This document shows, piece after piece, positions 8,536-16,944 of a DNA stretch of 20,953 nt. The first letter of the stretch is position 1. The number at the start of each line of letters is the position of its first letter. Position numbers and translations under genes: made by a program. This DNA comes from Oligoflexia bacterium (GTDB lineage Bacteria; Bdellovibrionota; UBA1018). The DNA lies in contig JAYTHP010000250.1 of NCBI GenBank assembly GCA_043732485.1, forward strand, positions 1-20,953. The letters are read 5' to 3'. Below the pieces are notes generated by a model. It was not told the origin of the DNA. It ran no database searches and was given only the letters and a program-made list of their open reading frames with translations.

Positions 8536-8847
8536 ATGAAGGTCAATCGAAGCTCTAAAAAATTTCAAGTAACAGAAGACATCATCTCGCTCAGCTTATT
8601 CAAAGCTCAAGCGGCAAAGATTCTGCATAAGCTGCACGAGTCGGGCCGTCCTAGAGTCATTACCCAAAATGGTAAAGCCTCAGCCGTCGTTATCAACACC
8701 GAGGAATTTGATCGATTGCAAGAGAGCGAGGAGTTTATTGCTGGAGTGGAAGAGGGGCGGGTCGATGCTAAAGCCGGTAGAGTCCTAGCTGATGAAGAGC
8801 TCGAGGAGCAGTTGGATCAGCACTTGGGTAAGCTAAGGTGCAATTGA
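8536..8847 (+). CDS. Phd/YefM-family type II antitoxin
   Basis: IISLSLFKAQAAKILHKLHESGRPRVITQNGKASAVVINTEEFDRLQE is a Phd/YefM N-terminal signature, followed by an acidic C-terminal tail (GVEEGRVDAKAGRV). Confidence 0.9.
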   Translation: MKVNRSSKKFQVTEDIISLSLFKAQAAKILHKLHESGRPRVITQNGKASAVVINTEEFDRLQESEEFIAGVEEGRVDAKAGRVLADEELEEQLDQHLGKLRCN

Positions 8848-9030
8848 TTTGGCTCAAAATGGGCAATGACTCAAGGAGGTTACCCAAGCTGAACGCTCCT
8901 CGTCCTTGCTCGAGCAAAACGACTCGCAGTTTTTTGCTGGGGCCTTCCCCTTAAGGTTCATTGCCCGGATTGCGGTTGCGCGAGAGTGCGATCAGTGCTC
9001 TTGTCCTTGTCCACGGAAAAAAGCACGCAC

Positions 9031-9798
9031 CTAGTCGCGCAGGCAGGCCATCACCGGGCAGTGATCTGAGCCCAGCTGGGTTGGCTGGTGGAGCACGCTT
9101 TGTAGGCGATCCTGGCTTTCTTGCTGGGTGAGGCAATAATCCAAGCGCCATCCAATGTTGCGCGCTCGCACCCCGGGTCGGTAACTCCACCAGGTATAAT
9201 GCCCCCCCTCGTTGGGCTGAAAGTACCGAAAGCCATCCACCCAGCCTGCTTGTAAAAACTGACTGAGCCACTGACGCTCTTCGGGTAAGAAGCCTGCTTG
9301 GTCTTGATTGGCTTTGGGGTTTTTAAGATCAAGCTCCCGATGAGCAATGTTAAGATCACCGCAAAGCACCACGGTTTTTCCTCCCGTACGCAATTGCTCA
9401 CAAAACTGCATCAAGGCTTGGCAAAAACGTAATTTATAGGGCAAACGGGCTTTTTCGCGCTGGCTATTGGGAAAATAGGCGTTCACGCAGATGACGCTTG
9501 CAAATTCTGCGGCAAGCAGCCTTCCTTCCGTATCAATCTCCGGGATGTTGAGTTCGGTGATGACCCGCAGCGGCTCTTTTTTGCAAAACAGCGCCACCCC
9601 GCTGTAGCCTGGCTTTTGGGCGGAGTTCCAGAAGGAGTGATAGCCTAAGGGATGCAATAGTGCTTCGCTCAGCTGATGCGGTTGTGCTTTAGTTTCTTGC
9701 AAGCAAATGATATCGCCTAGACTTTGGGCAAACCATTCGGGGAAGTGTTGCCGGCTTGCGGCGCGGATACCGTTGACGTTCCAGGTTAAAATTTTCAT
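9031..9798 (-). CDS. xthA: Exodeoxyribonuclease III / AP endonuclease
   Basis: MKILTWNVNGIRA, CLQETKA, GYSGVA, NAYFPN, CGDLNIAH, YTWWSYR, GWRLDY, GSDHCP. ATG at 9798 preferred over the TTG at 9807. Confidence 0.97.
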   Translation of the reverse strand: MKILTWNVNGIRAASRQHFPEWFAQSLGDIICLQETKAQPHQLSEALLHPLGYHSFWNSAQKPGYSGVALFCKKEPLRVITELNIPEIDTEGRLLAAEFASVICVNAYFPNSQREKARLPYKLRFCQALMQFCEQLRTGGKTVVLCGDLNIAHRELDLKNPKANQDQAGFLPEERQWLSQFLQAGWVDGFRYFQPNEGGHYTWWSYRPGVRARNIGWRLDYCLTQQESQDRLQSVLHQPTQLGSDHCPVMACLRD

Positions 9799-9976
9799 GC
9801 TGGCCAAAAGTACCTGAAGCCCGGGGGTGGCGTCAAAAGCTTTGGCAGGTTTTTTTGGCAGAGGCGCATGTCAGCTAGAAAGAGAGTGAGAGAGAGGGGA
9901 GAAGGGTCTTTTTCCGCGCTTACGGCAAAAAGGGGCTGGAAAAGATTTTTGAGTGTGACAGTATGGGGCCAAAGCA

Positions 9977-12070
9977 ATGCCAGACGTGAATCACGCGCCA
10001 ACGAAAGGCGCAAAAAACAACCTGCCACCCACCGGGTCTCCTGAAGCGCCGCAAGCGCAAGACGCTCATGCCGAGCGGGCGTCGGGTGAGTTGCGAAGGG
10101 AGGCTGCGGCCTTTGCCTTCCCTTTTCCCCTGCCTGACGAATTGCTAGAGGCAAGCAGGAATCCTCTGCCGCCTCCTCCTCCCGCGCAAGACATGTTGGC
10201 GGTGTTAGAGGCTGCCTTTGGTTTCTCGCACTTCAGGCCGCATCAAGCGGAGATCTGCCAGGCGCTGGTGGACGGGCAAGACGTGCTGGTGGTGATGCCG
10301 ACTGGCGCCGGAAAATCGTTGTGCTATCAATTACCTGGTCTGCTGCGCGGAGGCACGACGCTGGTGGTCAGTCCCTTGATTGCGCTGATTGAGGATCAAG
10401 TGGCGCAGTTGGCGTTGCGGGGGATTGCAGCCGAGCGCATTCACTCGGGGCGCAGCCGTGAGGAGTCGCGCGAGGTCTGCGAAGCCTATTTGCAAGGGGA
10501 GTTAGAGTTTCTCTTTGTCGCCCCTGAGCGCTTGGGATTGTCGTATTTCCTCACGATGCTGCAAAAACACCCGCCCTGCTTAATTGCCATTGACGAGGCG
10601 CACTGTATCTCGCAGTGGGGGCATGATTTTCGTCCCGATTATCGTCTCTTGAAGGATCGGCTGCTCGCGCTTCGTCCAGCGCCGGTGGTGGCCTTAACGG
10701 CCACGGCGACTCCCATCGTCCAGCAGGACATTACCCAGCAGTTGGGTTTACAATCACCCCTTTTGTCGATTCACGGATTTCGTCGTGACAACATTGCCAT
10801 TCAAATGACGGAGTTAGGCACGGCGAGTCGGAGGGATCAGGTGGCGAAGTTTTTAAAAGAGCCCGGCCACTTGCCAGCGATCGTCTATGCCGGGACGCGC
10901 AAGTCGGCCATGGAAATCCTTGAAGAGTTTCAAGACGATTTCCGGATAGGGATCTATCACGCTGGGCTTTTGCCACAAGAGCGGGAGCGCAATCAGAGTT
11001 TGTTTTTAAGTGGCAAGCTCGATGTGATTGTGGCCACTATTGCCTTTGGTATGGGGATTGATAAGCCGAACGTGCGCAGCGTGATTCATGTCGCCTTGCC
11101 GTCAAGCGTTGAGGGGTATTATCAAGAAATCGGGCGGGCTGGACGGGATGGCTTGCCGTCGAAGGCCTTGTTGTTCTTTTCACTGGAAGATCTGAGGACG
11201 CATGAGTATTTTTGGGAGCGGGATTACCCGGCCTTGCGGGTGTTTGAAAATCTGCTTGCTCAGCTGAGCCGCAGGGAGTGGGTGTGGTCGGAGTTGCAAA
11301 CCGAAGAAGCCCTGCGGGTGCTGCAGTTTTCAGGCGCGGTGCCTGATCTCGAGCGGGCGATGCAGAAGTTGCAAGCCTTTCAGTTACTGATGATTCATCC
11401 GGATGGCCAAATCACACTGAACGCCAGTGCAAGTGCCAAGCCTGGTAGTTGGCAGCAGCTGTACACCCAGCAGCGGGAGTATAAGGCAAAGTTATTGCAT
11501 CAAATGACCTTGCTGACCCGAGTGAAGGGCTGCCGTATGGTGGCGTTGATTGAGCACTTTGGCGATCGCCACGATCAGCGGCAGGCGTGCGGGTCGTGTG
11601 ATCGCTGTGCCCCGGCTGCAAACGGTCACTTTCAAGAGCGCAGCTTAGAGCTCGGCGAGCAAAAGACGGTGGCCAAGCTGATGCGGATTTTATCAGGCAG
11701 TCATTACTTGGCTGCAGGTCGGTTGTATCAAGAAATCGTGAAATTAGAGCCCAAGTTGCCAAGGCGCGAGTTTGAGGACTTACTAAGCGCCTTGCGAAAA
11801 GCCGACTGGATTGCGCAAGCGGATGAGTCTTTTCAAAAAGACGGCAAGTGGATCACCTACCGCAAGTTATCGGTGACGCCGCTGGGTGAGCGAGCTAAAC
11901 CGCAGGCACTGGCAGAGCTCACCATGGCGTGTGAGGGCTGGGAGCAAAAACCTGCGGCAGCGGCGCCGCCGCCCATGAAGACTCCGAGCGTCATGCTGCG
12001 CAAGGCAAGCAGTAAGAGTGGTCGGGAGCAAAAAAAGAGCAAGGGTGCGACTCGAAGCCCTCGACTTTGA
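9977..12070 (+). CDS. recQ: RecQ-family ATP-dependent DNA helicase
   Basis: [61 protein letters not shown], Zn site CR...CGSCDRC. Start uncertain (low-complexity N-terminus; alternative ATG ~10193). Confidence 0.95.
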   Translation: MPDVNHAPTKGAKNNLPPTGSPEAPQAQDAHAERASGELRREAAAFAFPFPLPDELLEASRNPLPPPPPAQDMLAVLEAAFGFSHFRPHQAEICQALVDGQDVLVVMPTGAGKSLCYQLPGLLRGGTTLVVSPLIALIEDQVAQLALRGIAAERIHSGRSREESREVCEAYLQGELEFLFVAPERLGLSYFLTMLQKHPPCLIAIDEAHCISQWGHDFRPDYRLLKDRLLALRPAPVVALTATATPIVQQDITQQLGLQSPLLSIHGFRRDNIAIQMTELGTASRRDQVAKFLKEPGHLPAIVYAGTRKSAMEILEEFQDDFRIGIYHAGLLPQERERNQSLFLSGKLDVIVATIAFGMGIDKPNVRSVIHVALPSSVEGYYQEIGRAGRDGLPSKALLFFSLEDLRTHEYFWERDYPALRVFENLLAQLSRREWVWSELQTEEALRVLQFSGAVPDLERAMQKLQAFQLLMIHPDGQITLNASASAKPGSWQQLYTQQREYKAKLLHQMTLLTRVKGCRMVALIEHFGDRHDQRQACGSCDRCAPAANGHFQERSLELGEQKTVAKLMRILSGSHYLAAGRLYQEIVKLEPKLPRREFEDLLSALRKADWIAQADESFQKDGKWITYRKLSVTPLGERAKPQALAELTMACEGWEQKPAAAAPPPMKTPSVMLRKASSKSGREQKKSKGATRSPRL

Positions 12071-12235
12071 GGGAGTAGGTGTGTGGGGGGGCTCACCCCT
12101 CACAAAAAAAGCGTGAGAGGGGCGGGGAGCGCACCCCGGTCTTGGGAGTTGCAGGGGAGTCTGCAGGACTGAAGGCGATCGAAGGAGCGCTAGAAAGCGC
12201 ACAAAAAAGGGAAGCACTATGAAGGAGAAAACACA

Positions 12236-13045
12236 ATGACGGAAACAAACGGGCTCGTAGGTGGAGAGGTTGTAAAAAACTTAACAGGGCGCCACGCGCT
12301 AGTGGTGGGGGTGGCCAACGAGCGCAGTCTCGCTTGGTCGATTGCCAAGCACTTGGCGCAAGCCGGTGCGCAAGTCGGCTTCACCTTCATGGGTGAGGCG
12401 CTGGAAAAGCGGGTACGGCCGCTGGCTGAGTCCTTGCACTCCGATTTGATTGAGCCCTGTAATGTGGCACAAGACGACCAAATTGATCAACTTTTTGAGA
12501 CCGTGGGCAAGCGCTGGGGCAAGCTGGATATCTTGATCCATTCTGTGGCCTTTGCCCAACGGGAGGATTTAGAGGGGCGCTTTATTGCCACTTCGCGTCA
12601 GGGTTTTCAAACGGCCATGGACATTAGTGCTTATAGCTTAGTGGGTTTAGCGCGCAAAGCGGAGCCTTTGATGGAAAAACAAGGCGGCGGATCGCTGCTG
12701 AGTCTCAGTTATTACGGCGCTGAGAAAGTGGTCCCCAACTATAACGTCATGGGGGTAGCCAAAGCTGCGCTTGAGGCATCCGTCAGGTATTTGGCGTACG
12801 ACATGGGCGCAAAAAAAATCCGAGTCAATGCCATCTCAGCCGGTCCGGTGAAGACGCTGGCTGCTGCAGGGATTCGTGATTTTCGGAGCATGCTGGCTGC
12901 CGCGGAAGAAAAAACTCCTTTGAAAGAAAACATCCATGCCGATGACGTCGGGGCGCTCGCAGCTTTTCTTTGCTCACCTGGGGGGCGTCGTATCACGGGA
13001 AGCACGATTTATGTGGATAGCGGCGCGCATATCATGGCAGGCTAA
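12236..13045 (+). CDS. fabI: Enoyl-ACP reductase (NADH)
   Basis: GVANERSLAWSIA, HSVAFA, DISAYSL, YYGAEKVVPNYNVMGVAKAALEASVRYLA, NAISAGPVKTLAA. AAGGAG RBS upstream. Confidence 0.97.
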   Translation: MTETNGLVGGEVVKNLTGRHALVVGVANERSLAWSIAKHLAQAGAQVGFTFMGEALEKRVRPLAESLHSDLIEPCNVAQDDQIDQLFETVGKRWGKLDILIHSVAFAQREDLEGRFIATSRQGFQTAMDISAYSLVGLARKAEPLMEKQGGGSLLSLSYYGAEKVVPNYNVMGVAKAALEASVRYLAYDMGAKKIRVNAISAGPVKTLAAAGIRDFRSMLAAAEEKTPLKENIHADDVGALAAFLCSPGGRRITGSTIYVDSGAHIMAG

Positions 13046-13226
13046 AGCGGAGAGTCCTGGTGTGTTGTTTGCTGGGGTGTTTTGAGAACAAGAAATCGCT
13101 TTTTGCTGAGCCATCCACCTTGCGGCTCTTTTTAAGTCCGTCACTCACCACCCCTTTAGTGTGCGACCTTGCGACCGGAGGCGGGCGTGTGGCGGTCGGT
13201 AAAAACGCTTAACAAGGAGGTCAGCA

Positions 13227-13850
13227 ATGACAAGCTTACGCAAAGGTTGGATGGAAAGTGTGCTCCAAGCAGGAGCGAAACTGGTGAGCGGGATGGCTTT
13301 GGCCACGATCGTGTTCGGCGCACCGTCTCAGGCGGGCGAATCCCCTGCAACTTTTAAACTCATGAGTCAGTCGCTCCAAGACGGCGGAAGTTTAGATCTC
13401 AAGCAGGTGTTTTCCGGGATGGGTTGTCAGGGTAAAAACTTATCGCCCGACTTGTCTTGGGAGTATGCGCCCGCTGGGACGCAAAGTTTTGCGCTCACCG
13501 TTTACGATCCGGATGCTCCGACGGGCAGTGGCTGGTGGCACTGGGTGGTCTACAATTTACCCAAAGACCTGACGCACTTAGTAGAAGGGGCAAGCAAGAA
13601 GCTGCCACACGGCGCGGTGCAAGGAAAGACGGACTTTGGTAAGCCAGGCTTTGGTGGGGCTTGCCCACCCGAAGGCGATCAGCCGCACCATTATATCATC
13701 ACGCTTTACGCGCTGGATATCGCAAAACTTGCGGTCGATGCCAATGCCACGGCAGCCTACGTTGGGTTTAATCTCAAGAAGCATTCGCTAGGCCAGGCCC
13801 AGCTCACGGCGACTTACGCCCGAGCGTCGTCTGGGGCGGCTGCGAAGTAA
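13227..13850 (+). CDS. YbhB/YbcL-family Raf kinase inhibitor-like (PEBP) protein, probably exported
   Basis: NLSPDLSW, SFALTVYDPDAPTGSGWWHWVVYNLP, FGGACPPEGD.PHHY. Signal-peptide-like segment ending SQA. AAGGAGG RBS before the ATG. Confidence 0.93.
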   Translation: MTSLRKGWMESVLQAGAKLVSGMALATIVFGAPSQAGESPATFKLMSQSLQDGGSLDLKQVFSGMGCQGKNLSPDLSWEYAPAGTQSFALTVYDPDAPTGSGWWHWVVYNLPKDLTHLVEGASKKLPHGAVQGKTDFGKPGFGGACPPEGDQPHHYIITLYALDIAKLAVDANATAAYVGFNLKKHSLGQAQLTATYARASSGAAAK

Positions 13851-14103
13851 CTGAAAAGTGCGAGCCTTGGTTTTTTCCCGGTGGTACACATCGCTTAGCC
13901 AAGGATTTTTCTCAAATACGACGCCTCAAGCTCTCAAAAGACACCTTTCTTTTGTACGCTCACCAGACATTTCCTCTCCCTCACGAGGGCAGCAGAGGGG
14001 GTGTGGTCAGTGAACGCTGCAAACGAAGCGTGTTGTCGTTTTTTTTGATCGGCAAGCGCCGTCGCCTGGGCCCTGGCCAGCCCGCCCGCAAGCATCTTCA
14101 GTC

Positions 14104-15075
14104 TCAAGCAGGCTCAAGCGAAGGCGTGAGGGCGTGCGACGACGACGACGACGACGACGGTGATGATGATGTTGAGGGCGGCGGTAGCGGGTCAAGCGAG
14201 CGCACGAGCTCGGCGATCAAAGGGTTGGGGAATTTCTTTTGGCGGGTGATGGCGTAGAACTTTTGTTGGAGGGCGGTAAATTCATGCAAAATCACCAGGT
14301 TTTTGTTGGCAATTTCATCGGCAACGCCTAGACGCGGTAACACCACGAGCCCTTTGCCAGTCAGCGCTAAGACGCGCAGTAACGCCACGTCGTCCACTTC
14401 CCCGAGTAGATTTAAGCGCAGTCGCTTGCTTTCCGTATAATGATCAAAATCGGAGCGACTTTCTAACGTTGCCGTGGGCAAAAAAAGCGGATAGCTCTGC
14501 AACAGGGTGTCAAGCGGCACGCTGTCGCTGACTTGCATGCTTTTTGCTGCCACCAAACACAACGGGCTTTGCGTCAGCTGATGGGTATAGAGTTCCTGGG
14601 CGGGGTCTTCACCTGCGGGAAACGTAGAGAGCACGACGTCGAGCGCATGTTCCCGCAAGAGACGAAAGAGCCGCTTGGAATCACCGACGGTCACTGAGAA
14701 GTGCACGTCCTTGCGCTCCAACAGCGGGCGCAAGAAGGCTGCTTGTAAGTTCCGAGAAAGGCTACCTAACGCTCCGATGCGTATCACTTTGCGGCGGGTG
14801 CTGCTGTGGGTGCGGTGTTTCATGAAATCCAGCAGCTCGCGCCCGGTGGCAAAAATAGAGTCGGCATAGTGCCAGGCGGTCTTGCCGGCTTCCGTTAGCT
14901 CTAGCCGCCTGGTGGTGCGGGTGATCAGTTTTTCTCCAAAGAAATTCTCAAGTTGCCTCACCTGCTCACTGATAGCTGATTGTGATAGCCTGAGTTTTAC
15001 GGCGGCTTTGGTGAAGCCGCCTTCTTGACACACTGACCAGAAGTAAAAGAGATGATGGTAATTGAAGGACTCCAT
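14104..15075 (-). CDS. LysR-family transcriptional regulator (NhaR-like)
   Basis: NYHHLFYFWSVCQEGGFTKAAVKLRLSQSAISEQVRQLE HTH with the NhaR-type NYHHL start, a LysR substrate-binding domain and a poly-Ser tail. Confidence 0.93.
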   Translation of the reverse strand: MESFNYHHLFYFWSVCQEGGFTKAAVKLRLSQSAISEQVRQLENFFGEKLITRTTRRLELTEAGKTAWHYADSIFATGRELLDFMKHRTHSSTRRKVIRIGALGSLSRNLQAAFLRPLLERKDVHFSVTVGDSKRLFRLLREHALDVVLSTFPAGEDPAQELYTHQLTQSPLCLVAAKSMQVSDSVPLDTLLQSYPLFLPTATLESRSDFDHYTESKRLRLNLLGEVDDVALLRVLALTGKGLVVLPRLGVADEIANKNLVILHEFTALQQKFYAITRQKKFPNPLIAELVRSLDPLPPPSTSSSPSSSSSSSHALTPSLEPA

Positions 15076-15088
15076 GGCTTTTTGGCTT

Positions 15089-15103
15089 ATCGTAAAAAGC
15101 GAT
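15089..15103. promoter_or_regulatory. LTTR binding site (T-N11-A dyad)
   Basis: ATCGTAAAAAGCGAT = ATCG-N7-CGAT in the 85-bp divergent gap between lysR and dabB. Confidence 0.75.
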
Positions 15104-15160
15104 GAATAACCATTGATTTATCTGTTATCTATTTTTTTGCGCCTGACCTAGCCTCAAAGT

Positions 15161-16882
15161 ATGGAGCACAACCCACACCTGAGGCATAGCCGCCACGATT
15201 CACAGCACAACGGCCTCCCTTCCTCTTCGTCATCACACCCCTGGGGTCCAGATCCAAGCCCTCCTCCCGCAGGGCATTGCCCAGACGAGGACGGAGACGA
15301 GGGAAAATTGCGCCTGCCTCGCGTCATCCCGCTTGAGGTCCACCTGATGCAAGCCCTCTTGTGGGCGCTATTTGCGGTAGCAAGCGGGTTGTTTTATTGG
15401 CAATTGCGAGTGGGAGCGCAAACTCTCCCCTTGTTCACTCTCCGCTATGGCAGCTGGCAGTTCAAGGCGGCCATTCTGCTCGATTTCTTATCGAGTGTGA
15501 TGCTGTTGATGGTAACGCTCTTAGGTGCGATCATTGGGCGGTATTCGCAAATGTATTTGGCAGGCGAGCGTCGGCAAGCCTTTTTTTACCGTTACCTTCT
15601 CTTGACCCTGCTGTCGGTGTCGGCTTGGGTGCTGGCAAGCGATCTGCTTGTTTTTTGGCTCATGCGGCTCCTGACCCACGTGGGCTTACATCAGTTGCTC
15701 GTCTTTTTCCCCACGCGGCCCAGTGCTGTGGCTGCTGCCAGGAAAAAGTTTTTCGTGAGCAGGCTAGGGGATCTTGCGTTGCTCGCTGCTATCGTGATTG
15801 CCTACCAAGCCTTTGGCACGCTGGAGTTTGCGGGAATGGCTGCGGCGGCAAGTGCAAGAGGAGCGGGTGGTGTCGTCGTCGTCAGTCGCGGTGTCTTGGA
15901 ACTGCTAGGCTGTGCGCTTGCGCTTGCGGCCATGACACAATCGGCGCAGTTTCCCTTCCAATTTTGGTTGCCTGAGACCATGGAAGCACCGACGCCGGTC
16001 TCGGCGCTGATGCATGCAGGGATCATTAACGCTGGGGGGTTTTTCTTAATCAGGCTTGCGGGCGTGATGCGGCAGGCGGATCTCGCGCACTTTCTGTTGA
16101 CCCTCGCTGGGTCCTGCACGGCCGTCTTCGGGGCGCTGGTGATGATCACGCAAAATAACATCAAACAAAAATTAGCCTATTCGACGATCAGCCAAATGGG
16201 GCTCATGATCTGGGCTTGCGGTTTGCAGGCGTACTCGCTTGCGCTGTTTCATATCCTCGCGCACAGCTTTTACAAAGCGCACGCCTTTTTAAGCACGGGG
16301 ATGTTGGTGGCAGAAGCGAAAAAAGCGAAATGGCGCGAAGCCCCCTTCTCGCTCGGTCAGTCGGTGATCGTCGTCGGCTGTGGATTCCTGCTGATCCTGG
16401 GGGTAGGGTGGAGATGCGGGGGCGCCTTCTTGTCTTCAGCCACCTACGCCGCCGTCTTGCTGCTTGGTCTTGCTCAAAACTTACGCTTCCCCGCAGCAGG
16501 GAGGGGTCAGGAACCACCGGGCTTAAGCTTAGCCCACCAGGTTGGCTTGGCACTCACTTTAGGAGTGGCAGCGCTCGTCAGTGGTGGTTTGGAGTGTTTG
16601 CTGTTTGAAAACCTCCTGCAGCCACCCTTAGTGGAGGGAGCGAGTGACTGGCAAGTCTTGACCTTGTGCTTGCTCAGCTTTACGGTGTTTGCGGCAGGCT
16701 TTTTGATGAGCCAATGGCTGGTGCATGATTGCCAAGCCCAGCAGCAGCAGGGTCAGCAGAGGGTATGGCGTGAGCGCTGGTATTTGTACTTCTGGCACGG
16801 CGGGTATTTTCTCGAGCGCACCCGCTGGATTGAAAAACTTTGGCGGCGGGCTGCAAGCATCAGGCGCGGTGTCTTGCCCTAA
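15161..16882 (+). CDS. dabB: DabB/MpsA-type NuoL-like proton-translocating membrane subunit of an inorganic carbon transporter
   Basis: Multi-TM protein with YSQMYLAGE, LHQLL, KKFFVSRLGD, SAQFPFQFWLPETMEAPTPVSALMHAGIINAGG, LAYSTISQMG, HSFYKAHAFL. Immediately upstream of a DUF2309 gene. Start uncertain (alternative ATG 15346). Confidence 0.88.
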   Translation: MEHNPHLRHSRHDSQHNGLPSSSSSHPWGPDPSPPPAGHCPDEDGDEGKLRLPRVIPLEVHLMQALLWALFAVASGLFYWQLRVGAQTLPLFTLRYGSWQFKAAILLDFLSSVMLLMVTLLGAIIGRYSQMYLAGERRQAFFYRYLLLTLLSVSAWVLASDLLVFWLMRLLTHVGLHQLLVFFPTRPSAVAAARKKFFVSRLGDLALLAAIVIAYQAFGTLEFAGMAAAASARGAGGVVVVSRGVLELLGCALALAAMTQSAQFPFQFWLPETMEAPTPVSALMHAGIINAGGFFLIRLAGVMRQADLAHFLLTLAGSCTAVFGALVMITQNNIKQKLAYSTISQMGLMIWACGLQAYSLALFHILAHSFYKAHAFLSTGMLVAEAKKAKWREAPFSLGQSVIVVGCGFLLILGVGWRCGGAFLSSATYAAVLLLGLAQNLRFPAAGRGQEPPGLSLAHQVGLALTLGVAALVSGGLECLLFENLLQPPLVEGASDWQVLTLCLLSFTVFAAGFLMSQWLVHDCQAQQQQGQQRVWRERWYLYFWHGGYFLERTRWIEKLWRRAASIRRGVLP

Positions 16883-16944
16883 AGCAGCGTCGAAGAGGTG
16901 GAGAGCAAAAAAAAATTGGAGTAAAAATCGGAGTAAAAAAATCG

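Noticed and set aside
9726..9739. GGGCAAACCATTCG resembles the 5' part of a c-di-GMP-I riboswitch
   Set aside because: Lies antisense inside xthA and lacks the following GNRA loop, GACGCAAAGC and second stem.
16840..16944. ORF-track start of dabA at TTG 16840
   Set aside because: Overlaps the dabB 3' end and encodes low-complexity sequence; ATG 16945 has a GGAG RBS.
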